Notes under the pieces: generated by a model | Seen by the model: only the letters and a program-made list of their open reading frames with translations | Told to the model about the DNA's origin: nothing | The model's database searches: none | Assembly: GCA_024278455.1 (NCBI GenBank) | Contig: JAJRTE010000133.1 | Coordinates: 9,658-73,657, forward strand | Source: Myxococcota bacterium | GTDB taxonomy: Bacteria; Myxococcota_A; UBA796; JAJRTE01 | Direction: 5' to 3' | Length of the DNA: 64,000 nt | Translations under genes and position numbers: made by a program | Part shown: positions 1 to 8,298 of the stretch, piece after piece | Layout of the letters: every line of letters starts with the position of its first letter | Position numbering within the stretch: the first letter of the stretch is position 1

Positions 1-1066
1 GTTCCGTCGCCTTGATCTCGCCGCTGATGACGGCCTGCCCCCAATGGATGGCAGGCACATCGGCGACCGCCACCGCCGCCTGCTGGTGCGGCGGCACCAG
101 CACCCGCCCCCCCCCGTCTCCGACCACGACCTTCGTGTCGGACTCGTTGATGATCGTGACGTAAGGCCCAGCGGAAGCACCGCCGTCCGGGCGCGCCACC
201 AGGGTCTCTCCTGCCGGCACGCCGAGGCCGATACGCCCCGGCGGCATCCCGTGCAGTGCGACGACAGCTTCCTGCCCCTGCTGAGCGAATCTCGGCGTGC
301 CCGGCGTTCCCGCGGACGCTATCCAGAGCGTGCCGCCCTCCAGGTAGCCGGTCGCCTTGTTGGGGATGGCCCCCCCGGTGGACACCTCGAGCTTGAGAAC
401 GGCTCGAGGCGGCATACGGTCCGCCTGCTCGAACAGGCCGGCCAGCCCTTCCACCCCTGGATGGAAGAAGATCAGGTAGAAGGGCAGGATCACCAGGCCG
501 AACGCCATCAGGAGCCCCTGCACGAGATCGGTCCACGAAACAGCCCGGTACCCCCCCATCAAGGTGTACAGAATGGTGATGGCGGCCCCGATGATGACCC
601 CCAACCGGTAGTCGAAGTCGAACACCACCTGGAACGTTTTGCCGGCCGCCGTGAACTGGGCACCCACGTAGCCCATCATGCACAGGAAAATGATGACCAC
701 TGCCACGAGCCGCAACATGGTCCGGTCCCCGGTGACCTCCTCGAGGAAGTCCGGGATGGTGAGCGATCCCTGCCGGGCGGAAAGACGGCGCAACCGCGGC
801 GCGACGATGTACCAGTTCACCAGGAAACCCATCAGGCAGCCGAACACGAACCACATCGAGGACAGCCCCTGCGAGTACCCCATGCCCACCAATCCCAGGG
901 TCACCCAGCCACTCTCGGACGACGCTGCAGAGCTGATCGCCGTCACCCAGGCCCCCTGGCGCCGATCGGCCAGGAAGAAGCCATCCACGGATGACGGGTA
1001 CCGGGAGGCGGCATAGCCGATGGCGAGCAGCGCCACGAGATAGAGACAGAAGACGGCAACCAGCAT
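1..1066 (-). CDS. Sodium:solute symporter (SSS family, PutP-like), 5' partial: start codon ~1066, gene runs off window start
   Basis: Minus-strand translation from ATG ~1064-1066 gives MLVAVFCLYLVALLAIGYAASRY...FFLADRRQGAWVTAISSAASSESGWVTLGLVGMGYSQG...ILYTLMGGYRAVSWTDLVQGLLMAFGLVILP, which matches PutP/SSS N-terminal helices. After ~210 aa the frame continues without a stop into a non-membrane sequence (PPRAVLKLEVSTGG...VLVPPHQQ). It is not in the ORF track because no stop lies in the window. Confidence 0.6.
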   Translation of the reverse strand, partial: MLVAVFCLYLVALLAIGYAASRYPSSVDGFFLADRRQGAWVTAISSAASSESGWVTLGLVGMGYSQGLSSMWFVFGCLMGFLVNWYIVAPRLRRLSARQGSLTIPDFLEEVTGDRTMLRLVAVVIIFLCMMGYVGAQFTAAGKTFQVVFDFDYRLGVIIGAAITILYTLMGGYRAVSWTDLVQGLLMAFGLVILPFYLIFFHPGVEGLAGLFEQADRMPPRAVLKLEVSTGGAIPNKATGYLEGGTLWIASAGTPGTPRFAQQGQEAVVALHGMPPGRIGLGVPAGETLVARPDGGASAGPYVTIINESDTKVVVGDGGGRVLVPPHQQAAVAVADVPAIHWGQAVISGEIKATE

Positions 1067-1069
1067 GGA

Positions 1070-2677
1070 CTATTCCTCTCCTTTCGCCGCGGGTGTCGGG
1101 AACCCGAGCCTGCGCAAGTCACGTATCAACAACTGTTCCTCCGTCGGTGACGCCGGGGGCTCGAACGTCGGTTCCACGGCGGCCGGCGAGACCTCCACCG
1201 GCTCGCCCCGGTCGCCAGCGCCCGGCTCGAACACCGGGGACCGCTCCCCCCCGGGAATCCGGCTTGCTGGCTCCACGGGCACCGCGGCCCGGTTGTCCTC
1301 CCCCACCACGCGTCTCCGCTCAACCACGGGCTCGTCCGGAAACGCCGCGTGAATCAGCCGGTAACGGGCGGCACTGCTCCTCTTCAGCGCATCGACGATG
1401 GGCATCGCCGCACCATTGAGCGAAGGCCGGGCCGCCAGCTTGAGAAACATCTGCACGGTTGCCAGGTCGGCGCGCGTCAACCGATCGACCAGAATGGTCT
1501 CCACGTTGACCAGACGCCGTGTCAGGGCGGCCTCGAGGACCCTGCGCGTCAAGGAAAAGCGGTCCCGGTCAGCCAGGGCGGCCTGTGCGGCCTCCGGGCA
1601 CACGACAAGAGCCGGAAGGGCCGCGTCAGCCCTGGAGGCCGTTTCCAGTTCCAGGCGCTGGATGGCCCTTTCCACCAACACGCACTGGTGATCCGCCAGG
1701 GCGAGCAGACCCTGGCGCAATTCCGGAACCGTGGCCGTCGCAGCTTCGGCCGCGTCGAGAAAGACAGCCGCCACCGAGGACACGGCGCCCGCCGAACGAT
1801 CTCGTATGTGCCTGAGCAAAAAGGCCTTCCGTGGATTCAGCGGCAGCTCGAGAAGGTCGACGGCGGAAGCGAGTTCCAGCCCGTCCAGATCTTCACGGCT
1901 CAAAGCCGCGATGGCCCCGGAGTCCCTGCCAAACACGTCCGAAAGCAAGCCCGCGGCCCTCGAGTCGCCTGCCGGACCCAAGAGCGGGGCAAGGGCGGTC
2001 AGCACCGCGTCTGCATGCGCCGAAACGATCTCCCGCACGCGCTCTCGAAGGGCCTGGGGAGCGTTGAGCAACACGTCGATGCAGGCGTCCCGGGCGCAGA
2101 GCCAGTTGAAATCGGTCTGGATACGTCGCAATCCCGCCTCGTACCCGGGACGGGAGCAGGGGAGATTGACCAGCGCCCGGACGAGCGTGCCTCGACGGGC
2201 GGACTCCCGGGCCAGGTCCTCCCGCTGTTCCCAGGTGGCCGCCACCCCGCACATCTGCTCGGCCGGAGACGCAACGGCCCGGTGGGCCAGTTCCTGGGCG
2301 TTCGGACATTGCCAGTAGAGTACGACCGCCTGCTGAGAGACTGGATCCGCGCCCCGAGACAGGTCGAGATACATCCGGACAGGAGCAGGCAGCCAGTCCG
2401 GGGCGGGACGCGACACGTCGCCGTGACGGCCCAGGTCGACGAGATCCTCGAGCACGGCCCGGCACCGTCCGGGCAGGGGCGACCTGTCCAGGGTGCAACA
2501 CTCGTAGCGCTCATCCAGCCTGAGAAACGCATCCAGTCGAGCTTGCCGCGCCCTGGCACGGTTCAGCAAGACCAGGTAGGCCGCCAAACTCGAAACAGCG
2601 GCCAACACGAGCAGACCGACCACCCACCGTTTCCAGCGCGACGCCGGCGTTCGCTTGCCATTGCCTTGTCTGGTCAT
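1070..2677 (-). CDS. Hypothetical protein with N-terminal transmembrane anchor (VVGLLVLAAVSSLAAYLVLL); no recognisable family
   Basis: 535-aa ORF, codirectional with the downstream SSS gene and separated from it by 4 nt. Hydrophobic N-terminus followed by an Ala/Leu/Arg-rich soluble region. No motif recognised. Confidence 0.35.
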   Translation of the reverse strand: MTRQGNGKRTPASRWKRWVVGLLVLAAVSSLAAYLVLLNRARARQARLDAFLRLDERYECCTLDRSPLPGRCRAVLEDLVDLGRHGDVSRPAPDWLPAPVRMYLDLSRGADPVSQQAVVLYWQCPNAQELAHRAVASPAEQMCGVAATWEQREDLARESARRGTLVRALVNLPCSRPGYEAGLRRIQTDFNWLCARDACIDVLLNAPQALRERVREIVSAHADAVLTALAPLLGPAGDSRAAGLLSDVFGRDSGAIAALSREDLDGLELASAVDLLELPLNPRKAFLLRHIRDRSAGAVSSVAAVFLDAAEAATATVPELRQGLLALADHQCVLVERAIQRLELETASRADAALPALVVCPEAAQAALADRDRFSLTRRVLEAALTRRLVNVETILVDRLTRADLATVQMFLKLAARPSLNGAAMPIVDALKRSSAARYRLIHAAFPDEPVVERRRVVGEDNRAAVPVEPASRIPGGERSPVFEPGAGDRGEPVEVSPAAVEPTFEPPASPTEEQLLIRDLRRLGFPTPAAKGEE

Positions 2678-2731
2678 GGGTCAGCTCCAGGCCGGCTTCC
2701 GGACGGCGACGCCCCCTCCGGGCCCATGCCG

Positions 2732-3370
2732 TCAATACCCCCTGGGGGGAGGGGGAGGAGGAGGAGGCCGCCGGCGGTACCGGCGCGGCGGAGGCGGCAC
2801 CTTGCGCCGAGGAGGAGGGGGCGCCCGGCGAGCGCCCGCGACCGGGAAGTTGCCGAACAACAGGCTCACCGAAACCCCACCGTAGCTCATGGCATAGTAG
2901 GTCGTCCCTGTAGGGAGCACGAGCAGACTGTAGAGCTTGGCGTCGATTGCCGTCCGGCCCAAGTTCCACTGCACCCCGAACTCGGGCCGAAGGTACATGG
3001 CTCCCGCGTTGAAAAACAACGTACCGCCACCATACCCGACACCCAGGCCGGCGAAAATATCCGCATTCGCGATATGCCCGAACACAAAGTCGCCGAAGAA
3101 GCCCCCTCGAATCGTGCCCCCGGTCTGGGACAACATGGCGGCGACATCCATCCCCGTCCGCAGGAATCGCCCGGCGTAGGAAACCCCTTGCCCGCCCAGG
3201 GAAAAATACCCGCTCGAGCTGAACTGCGTGTTCTGGTTGGAGGTCGTCCCGCCTCCCCCCACCACAATCCCTCCCCCGACCTTGGACCGTGCCCAACCTG
3301 CGTCGCTCCACCCGGCGAGCAGCATAACTGCGAGAAAAGCAACAAGAAAGCGCCTGATTCTTCCTGTCAT
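2732..3370 (-). CDS. Secreted Gly-rich protein, possibly outer-membrane beta-barrel-like, with Pro/Arg-rich C-terminal tail
   Basis: Signal-peptide-like N-terminus MTGRIRRFLVAFLAVMLLAGWSDAGWA. Gly/aromatic alternating stretches (FFGDFVFGHIANADIFAGLGVGYGGG). Tail PPPPRRKVPPPPRRYRRRPPPPPPPP. Confidence 0.4.
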   Translation of the reverse strand: MTGRIRRFLVAFLAVMLLAGWSDAGWARSKVGGGIVVGGGGTTSNQNTQFSSSGYFSLGGQGVSYAGRFLRTGMDVAAMLSQTGGTIRGGFFGDFVFGHIANADIFAGLGVGYGGGTLFFNAGAMYLRPEFGVQWNLGRTAIDAKLYSLLVLPTGTTYYAMSYGGVSVSLLFGNFPVAGARRAPPPPRRKVPPPPRRYRRRPPPPPPPPRGY

Positions 3371-3593
3371 GGGTGCACCTGCCTCGTGTTGAGAACCGAT
3401 GTCTCGATGTCGTCGCTCTCCAGTATCCCATTGGTTATCACAGCGCGGGCAGGAAGATCAAGTGATACGTCGCCCCGCTTTCCCCGGCAAGCCCGGGTCC
3501 TGCTCCGGCGACGCGAAACAGGGTCGGAGGCGTGGAAAATGGTGCCGGCCGCGTGCCGATGGATCGCCCGAGGTCCTTCCTCGTGCCCGGCGT

Positions 3594-6197
3594 TCACCAG
3601 TCGCCGCCAGGCCCCCCATAGGCTCCCATGTCCGGAGCGCTTCCGTCAGGATCCCGCCCCACATTCGGGTCCCCGGAATTGGCACAGGGACTGTCTGCCT
3701 GAAGGTGAAAATCCCAGGCGCCCAGGGACGAGGTGTCCTCGGATATGAACAGCGGGTCCGCCGTTTTGTTTCCGTCATTGCCATCGATGGTCGAAGTATC
3801 GATGCCAGCGCCCCGGTACGTCACACCCGACGCCACGAAAACATCGTTGTGGTCGATTGTGAGCGATTCCCGGGTCACGTTGTACACGGCGCTCGAGCTG
3901 TCGCCGCCACGATCCAGGACTATGTTGTTGCGGAACACGACGGTGTCCCCGTCGAAGAGGTAGAGCGCCGTCCCATTACCGCTCTCGGCCATGTTGCCCA
4001 CAAAGGTGTTGTTGACGATATCGAACCGCTCGACGTTCGTTCCGAACCCGGCCGCGTCTATGAGAATGGCGCCTCCCATGAAGGCGGCGTTTTCCACGAA
4101 GATGGAGTTCACAATCGTCGCGGTGCGCTCGAGCCCCAACGCGCCCCCGTCGGAGACCGAACCGCTGCTCGAGTCGTTCCAGGCGAAGACGCAGTGTTCG
4201 ACATAGCTGGGGTTGTGGGCGGCTCCTCCCAGGTTGGTGGAGACATGATTGCTCAAGAACCACGCGCCCCGCAGCTCGAGCAGACTGGCCTCGTCGGCGT
4301 AGGCGCCTCCGCCGTAGTATTCCGCCCTGTTGTTGGAAAAGACGGTGTCGTCAGCTACGAGAACCTGGGTGGCGTCCGCGGAACCGATCGCGGCAAGCCC
4401 GCCGCCGTGGGTTCCGGCATCATTGGCCTCGAAAAGCGTGCGTTCGACCGTGAGCGTGCACCCGGTGCACAGGACCCCGCCACCCAACTGGGCGCTGTTG
4501 TGGTCGATGGTCGTATCCAGGATCTGGACATCGCGGCTGTCGACGAGCGCGATGCCACCCCCGACCCCATCGGCGCCGGAGGCCGTCGAGTAGGCCACTC
4601 GGATTTCCTGGAACGTCACGCTGGTGCTGTTCTCCACGAGCACCGCGGCGCCGGGCCCATCAACGAGGTCGCCGGCACGGATCGTGAGGCCCTGGATGGT
4701 CAATCCCGTGGCGCGGTTCACGTAGATCGTGCGCTGGCCGCCGCTCGACAGGACATCGGTGTCCTCGAACGACCCGGTGGCGCGGAGCACGAAATCCTGA
4801 ACGTCCTGCAGGATGATGTGTCCGGTGTAGCTGCCGGGCAGGACCAGTACGACATCGCAATTCTGGGAGTCGTCGATTGCGTCCTGGATGGATGCCACCG
4901 GGTCATCGAAGGTCCCCTTTCCGTTCCTCGATCCACCGGGGGAGACGGCCATGGGGTGCTTGTTCACGTTGCCATCGTCGCAGTCGCCGCCCTCGGAAAC
5001 GTACCCTTCCGGCAGGGAACAGGCTTCGACCCTCCCGCTCGAATCTCCGAAGCCGTCGCCATCCCCGTCGGGGTAGTAGGATGACGTCAGCCCCTGGTCC
5101 GGGGTTCCATCGCAGTCGTCGTCCACGCCGTTGCACGTTTCCTGTGCGCCCGGATAGACGTCCGCGGCGCCATCGTCGCAGTCGCCGGTGACGGTGGCAA
5201 AAGAACAGCCTTCTCCGGCAGGAGCACTGCATGCATACGTAGGCTCCGCGTCGCTGGCAGCGAATCCATCGCAATCGCCGTCGGGATAGAAGAGACTCTG
5301 AACGCCCTCATCGACCTGGGCATCGCAGTCCTGGTCGACCCCGTCGCACACTTCCACACCGCCGGGATGGATGGTGGGGTCGCTGTCGTCGCAATCACCG
5401 TTGTCGAGGACGTAGGAGCCGGCGGGTGCCTGGCAGTCCGTGACGGCCCCCGCGGAATCGCCGTAACGATCGCCGTCCTCGTCCGGGTAGAAGGTCTGCT
5501 CGGTCACATCTTCGTCGATCTCTCCGTCGCAGTCGTTGTCCTTGCTGTCACAGGACTCGAGCGCTCCGGAATAGGTGAGCGGATCGGCATCGTCGCAGTC
5601 ATCCCCGGTTGCGGAAGCCCCCGCCGGAAGGCGACAATCCTCGACGACGTTGGTCGGGTCCCCGTGCCCATCCCCGTCTGCGTCAGCGTAGAACACGTTC
5701 GTGGGGAGGCCATCGTCGGCGGTGCCGTTGCAATCGTTGTCGGCGCCGTCGCACAACTCCGTGGCGCCGGGATAGATGGCGGGGTCGCCGTCGTCGCAGT
5801 CCTCCCCGGCGAGGAAGCCGTCGCCATCACGGTCCTGGAGAGGGGCGAGGGTGGGTGTCATCGCCGGCGGGGTCTCGGTCGCGGCCGCGGTGTCGTCATC
5901 CCCGGGCGATGTGTCATCGTCACCGGTGGTGCCGTCGTCGTCCTCGACAGATGTGTCATCGTCACCGGTGGTGACGTCGTCGTCCCCGACGGATGTGTCA
6001 TCGTCGCCGCTGGTGAGGTCATCGTCGCCCGGTGACTGGTCGTCATCGGCCATCGGGGAGCCTGCGGGAAGATCGCTATCCAGGACTGGAACGCAGGTGT
6101 TCACGCCAAGGCACAGCACCAGGAGGAGGAGGAAGTGGGCGATATCGAGCGCAAACCGGTTCCGCATTGCATGTCCTGCCGTTTTCTCGCCTGCCAT
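3594..6197 (-). CDS. Secreted MopE-like Cys-rich metal-binding-repeat protein with acidic DDDTS repeats and C-terminal right-handed beta-helix domain
   Basis: Hydrophobic N-terminus (FLLLLVLCLGVNTC). Repeats GDDDLTSGDDDTSVGDDD. At least 6 copies of DCDDxDPxxxPGAxExCDGxDNDCDGxxDE. C-terminal NxxGGG / parallel beta-helix-like repeats (GGGIALVD, GGGVLC, GGGLAA). Confidence 0.6.
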   Translation of the reverse strand: MAGEKTAGHAMRNRFALDIAHFLLLLVLCLGVNTCVPVLDSDLPAGSPMADDDQSPGDDDLTSGDDDTSVGDDDVTTGDDDTSVEDDDGTTGDDDTSPGDDDTAAATETPPAMTPTLAPLQDRDGDGFLAGEDCDDGDPAIYPGATELCDGADNDCNGTADDGLPTNVFYADADGDGHGDPTNVVEDCRLPAGASATGDDCDDADPLTYSGALESCDSKDNDCDGEIDEDVTEQTFYPDEDGDRYGDSAGAVTDCQAPAGSYVLDNGDCDDSDPTIHPGGVEVCDGVDQDCDAQVDEGVQSLFYPDGDCDGFAASDAEPTYACSAPAGEGCSFATVTGDCDDGAADVYPGAQETCNGVDDDCDGTPDQGLTSSYYPDGDGDGFGDSSGRVEACSLPEGYVSEGGDCDDGNVNKHPMAVSPGGSRNGKGTFDDPVASIQDAIDDSQNCDVVLVLPGSYTGHIILQDVQDFVLRATGSFEDTDVLSSGGQRTIYVNRATGLTIQGLTIRAGDLVDGPGAAVLVENSTSVTFQEIRVAYSTASGADGVGGGIALVDSRDVQILDTTIDHNSAQLGGGVLCTGCTLTVERTLFEANDAGTHGGGLAAIGSADATQVLVADDTVFSNNRAEYYGGGAYADEASLLELRGAWFLSNHVSTNLGGAAHNPSYVEHCVFAWNDSSSGSVSDGGALGLERTATIVNSIFVENAAFMGGAILIDAAGFGTNVERFDIVNNTFVGNMAESGNGTALYLFDGDTVVFRNNIVLDRGGDSSSAVYNVTRESLTIDHNDVFVASGVTYRGAGIDTSTIDGNDGNKTADPLFISEDTSSLGAWDFHLQADSPCANSGDPNVGRDPDGSAPDMGAYGGPGGDW

Positions 6198-6213
6198 CGC
6201 GTCATGGTGCCGG

Positions 6214-6810
6214 TCAAGGCGCCCGCTTGATCGACTTGATGATCACCGGTGTCACGGGAACGTTGGCCATTCCCTTCACAGTCGTGGTGGGGGTCTTCCG
6301 GATCTTGTCCACCACGTCCATGCCCTCGATCACCTTGCCGAACACGCAGTAGCCTATGCCCCGAACCGTCGAGTCCTTGTAGTCCAGGCTGCGATTGTCG
6401 CGCACGTTGATGAAGAACTGCGAGGTGGCGCTGTCCGGTACGGAAGTCCGGGCCATCGCCAGGGTGCCCCGCTCGTTTTTCAGACCGTTTGCCGCCTCGT
6501 TCTCGACCGGGGCGCGGGTCTTCTTCAGGTTGAGGTTGGCGTCGTAGCCCCCGCCCTGGATGACGAAATTGGAGACGACCCGGTGGAAGATGGTGCCGTC
6601 GTAGAACCCTTCGTCCACGTAGCCAAGGAAGTTCTTGACCGTCTTCGGGGCCTTGTCCGGATACAATTCGGCCTTGATTGCGCCCATCGACGTGTTGATC
6701 ACCACGACGGGATTGTTACCCGCCTGCAGGCGCGGTGTCGCCACCAGGATGGCAGCGGGGATTCCAATCACGAGCAGTCCATAGATGAGCGGCTTCACCA
6801 GGCTTGCCAT
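6214..6810 (-). CDS. Peptidyl-prolyl cis-trans isomerase, cyclophilin type (periplasmic/membrane-anchored)
   Basis: 198-aa product MASLVKPLIYGLLVIGIPAAILVA...FHRVVSNFVIQGGGYD...GTLAMARTSVPDSATSQFFIN carries cyclophilin signature motifs. Start set at the internal ATG by frame arithmetic; the listed 434-aa ORF has a spurious N-terminal extension. Confidence 0.85.
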   Translation of the reverse strand: MASLVKPLIYGLLVIGIPAAILVATPRLQAGNNPVVVINTSMGAIKAELYPDKAPKTVKNFLGYVDEGFYDGTIFHRVVSNFVIQGGGYDANLNLKKTRAPVENEAANGLKNERGTLAMARTSVPDSATSQFFINVRDNRSLDYKDSTVRGIGYCVFGKVIEGMDVVDKIRKTPTTTVKGMANVPVTPVIIKSIKRAP

Positions 6811-6926
6811 GGGTTCTTCCTTTCCTTCTGCTGGCCCGTTGTTCCTATTCTGTCTTCCGAACCCGCCGACTGTCGACAGGTTCCCACCTGTTTCGTCATT
6901 CCTATAGCTTGTCGGGTCTGCCCTTT

Positions 6927-8093
6927 TCAACCGGATTGTACTCCGTGGACTGGGTTCCCTTTCGGTCGCCAGGCCTGCCCAACGAGATGCCGAATGGCCT
7001 CGATCGTGCCCGGCGCATTCCCCTCGAGCCGGTTGTTGACCAGCACGTAGACCGCCCGGCCGGCCCCGACGGCCTCGAGAACCAGTTGCACGATGCCCCG
7101 CCGCACGGATGGCTGCGCCTCGCGGATACGGTCGTAGGGCTTGAACCGGTCCACCGCATCGCTGTAGGTCCGGCTCCTCGAGAGGAGGGCTCGAGCCACC
7201 GTGAACTCCGCGGTGAGAGCGCCGTCGAGGCGGAGTTGCTCGTCGATGGGCGGCATCCGTGTCCATGCGTTGAACACGTGGCTGACCCCGGCCCGCGCCA
7301 GGGCCGTGAAATAGGGGCGCTCGAGGAGTTCCGGGTTGCGCAACTCCACGGCGTATCGGCCCCCGGGCGGCAAGCTCTCGAAAAACCGCTCGAGCAGGTC
7401 TGCCCAGGCTTCGGCGCCCGGACGATCCGGTGGATACATGGCCTGGAACTCGAATATGAGCGGCCCGGCTTTCTTGCCAAGCGCCTCGATCCACGGTCCC
7501 ACGACCAGGTCGGTGCACCGCGCCGCATCGAGAAAGTCGGGGTTACGCCGTCCCGCGTCCGCCCCCCATTTCCGGTGACTGGTGAACCGGCGGATGGTGA
7601 ACCGCTCGTACACCTTGCCCAGGAATTGAAACCCTTCCGGAAGTACAGAAGCATAGGCCTCGAGCGTATCTCGACCGGGAGGCCGGTAGAACGTACTGTC
7701 GGCCCCGACGCAGTTGAAAAGCGGACAGCGCGCGTACTCCTCGAGCATGGCCACGGTGTCGCCGCTCGACCGGTATTTCCGCGAATAGACCTGTCCGAAC
7801 CATCCCGGGTAAGTCCAGCTCGAGGTGCCGAAACGAACACCGGGTGGAGCCGGGGGAAGGTCGTGCCAACCCGGTAACCGGACCCCGGGCGACACGGTAC
7901 GGGAGGTTCGGCGTTCGCTCCCGGCCGAACCCACGCCCGAGGCTCGAGAAGGCGCCGCTGATGGGGGACTCGTCACCGATTCCGCAGCACCGGATGGACC
8001 GATCTCGCCCCTCTCCCTGCCGGAGCCGGTCTCGAGGTGCCGGAACAGCGGCAGATCCGACCACGTATCCTGCTTCCCTGGTTTCCGGGCCAT
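6927..8093 (-). CDS. DUF72 (YecE/UPF0759) family protein with low-complexity N-terminal extension; start uncertain
   Basis: VRFGTSSWTYPGWFGQVY...STFYRPP matches the DUF72 N-terminal signature. The first ~85 aa are Ser/Pro/Gly-rich, so the true start may be internal. Confidence 0.6.
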   Translation of the reverse strand: MARKPGKQDTWSDLPLFRHLETGSGRERGEIGPSGAAESVTSPPSAAPSRASGVGSAGSERRTSRTVSPGVRLPGWHDLPPAPPGVRFGTSSWTYPGWFGQVYSRKYRSSGDTVAMLEEYARCPLFNCVGADSTFYRPPGRDTLEAYASVLPEGFQFLGKVYERFTIRRFTSHRKWGADAGRRNPDFLDAARCTDLVVGPWIEALGKKAGPLIFEFQAMYPPDRPGAEAWADLLERFFESLPPGGRYAVELRNPELLERPYFTALARAGVSHVFNAWTRMPPIDEQLRLDGALTAEFTVARALLSRSRTYSDAVDRFKPYDRIREAQPSVRRGIVQLVLEAVGAGRAVYVLVNNRLEGNAPGTIEAIRHLVGQAWRPKGNPVHGVQSG

Positions 8094-8298
8094 CCTGGCC
8101 TCTTCACGCCCGCTGGAATGGCACGGATTCGGTCACTCCAGCACCAGCCGACCATTCGGTCCCATGCGGAACCTGTCCTCTACAGTATAACGGGCATTCC
8201 GGCGACGGCGCACCTTGCTTCTCCCGCTGCAAAATGGCTCGAGGCCTGCTCCCCCGTGCGTGGTGCCTGGAGAGGGGTGCGCGAGCGCCCCCTTTTCG

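Noticed and set aside
44-994. 316-aa plus-strand ORF (and overlapping 678-1016, 991-1419)
   Set aside because: Arg/His/Pro/Gly-rich, with no motifs. It lies antisense to a strongly supported SSS-transporter reading frame, so it is a GC-driven spurious ORF.
1349-3748. 799-aa plus-strand ORF
   Set aside because: Extremely Arg/Gly/Pro-rich, with no domain signatures. It overlaps two better-supported minus-strand genes and is a typical high-GC antisense artifact.
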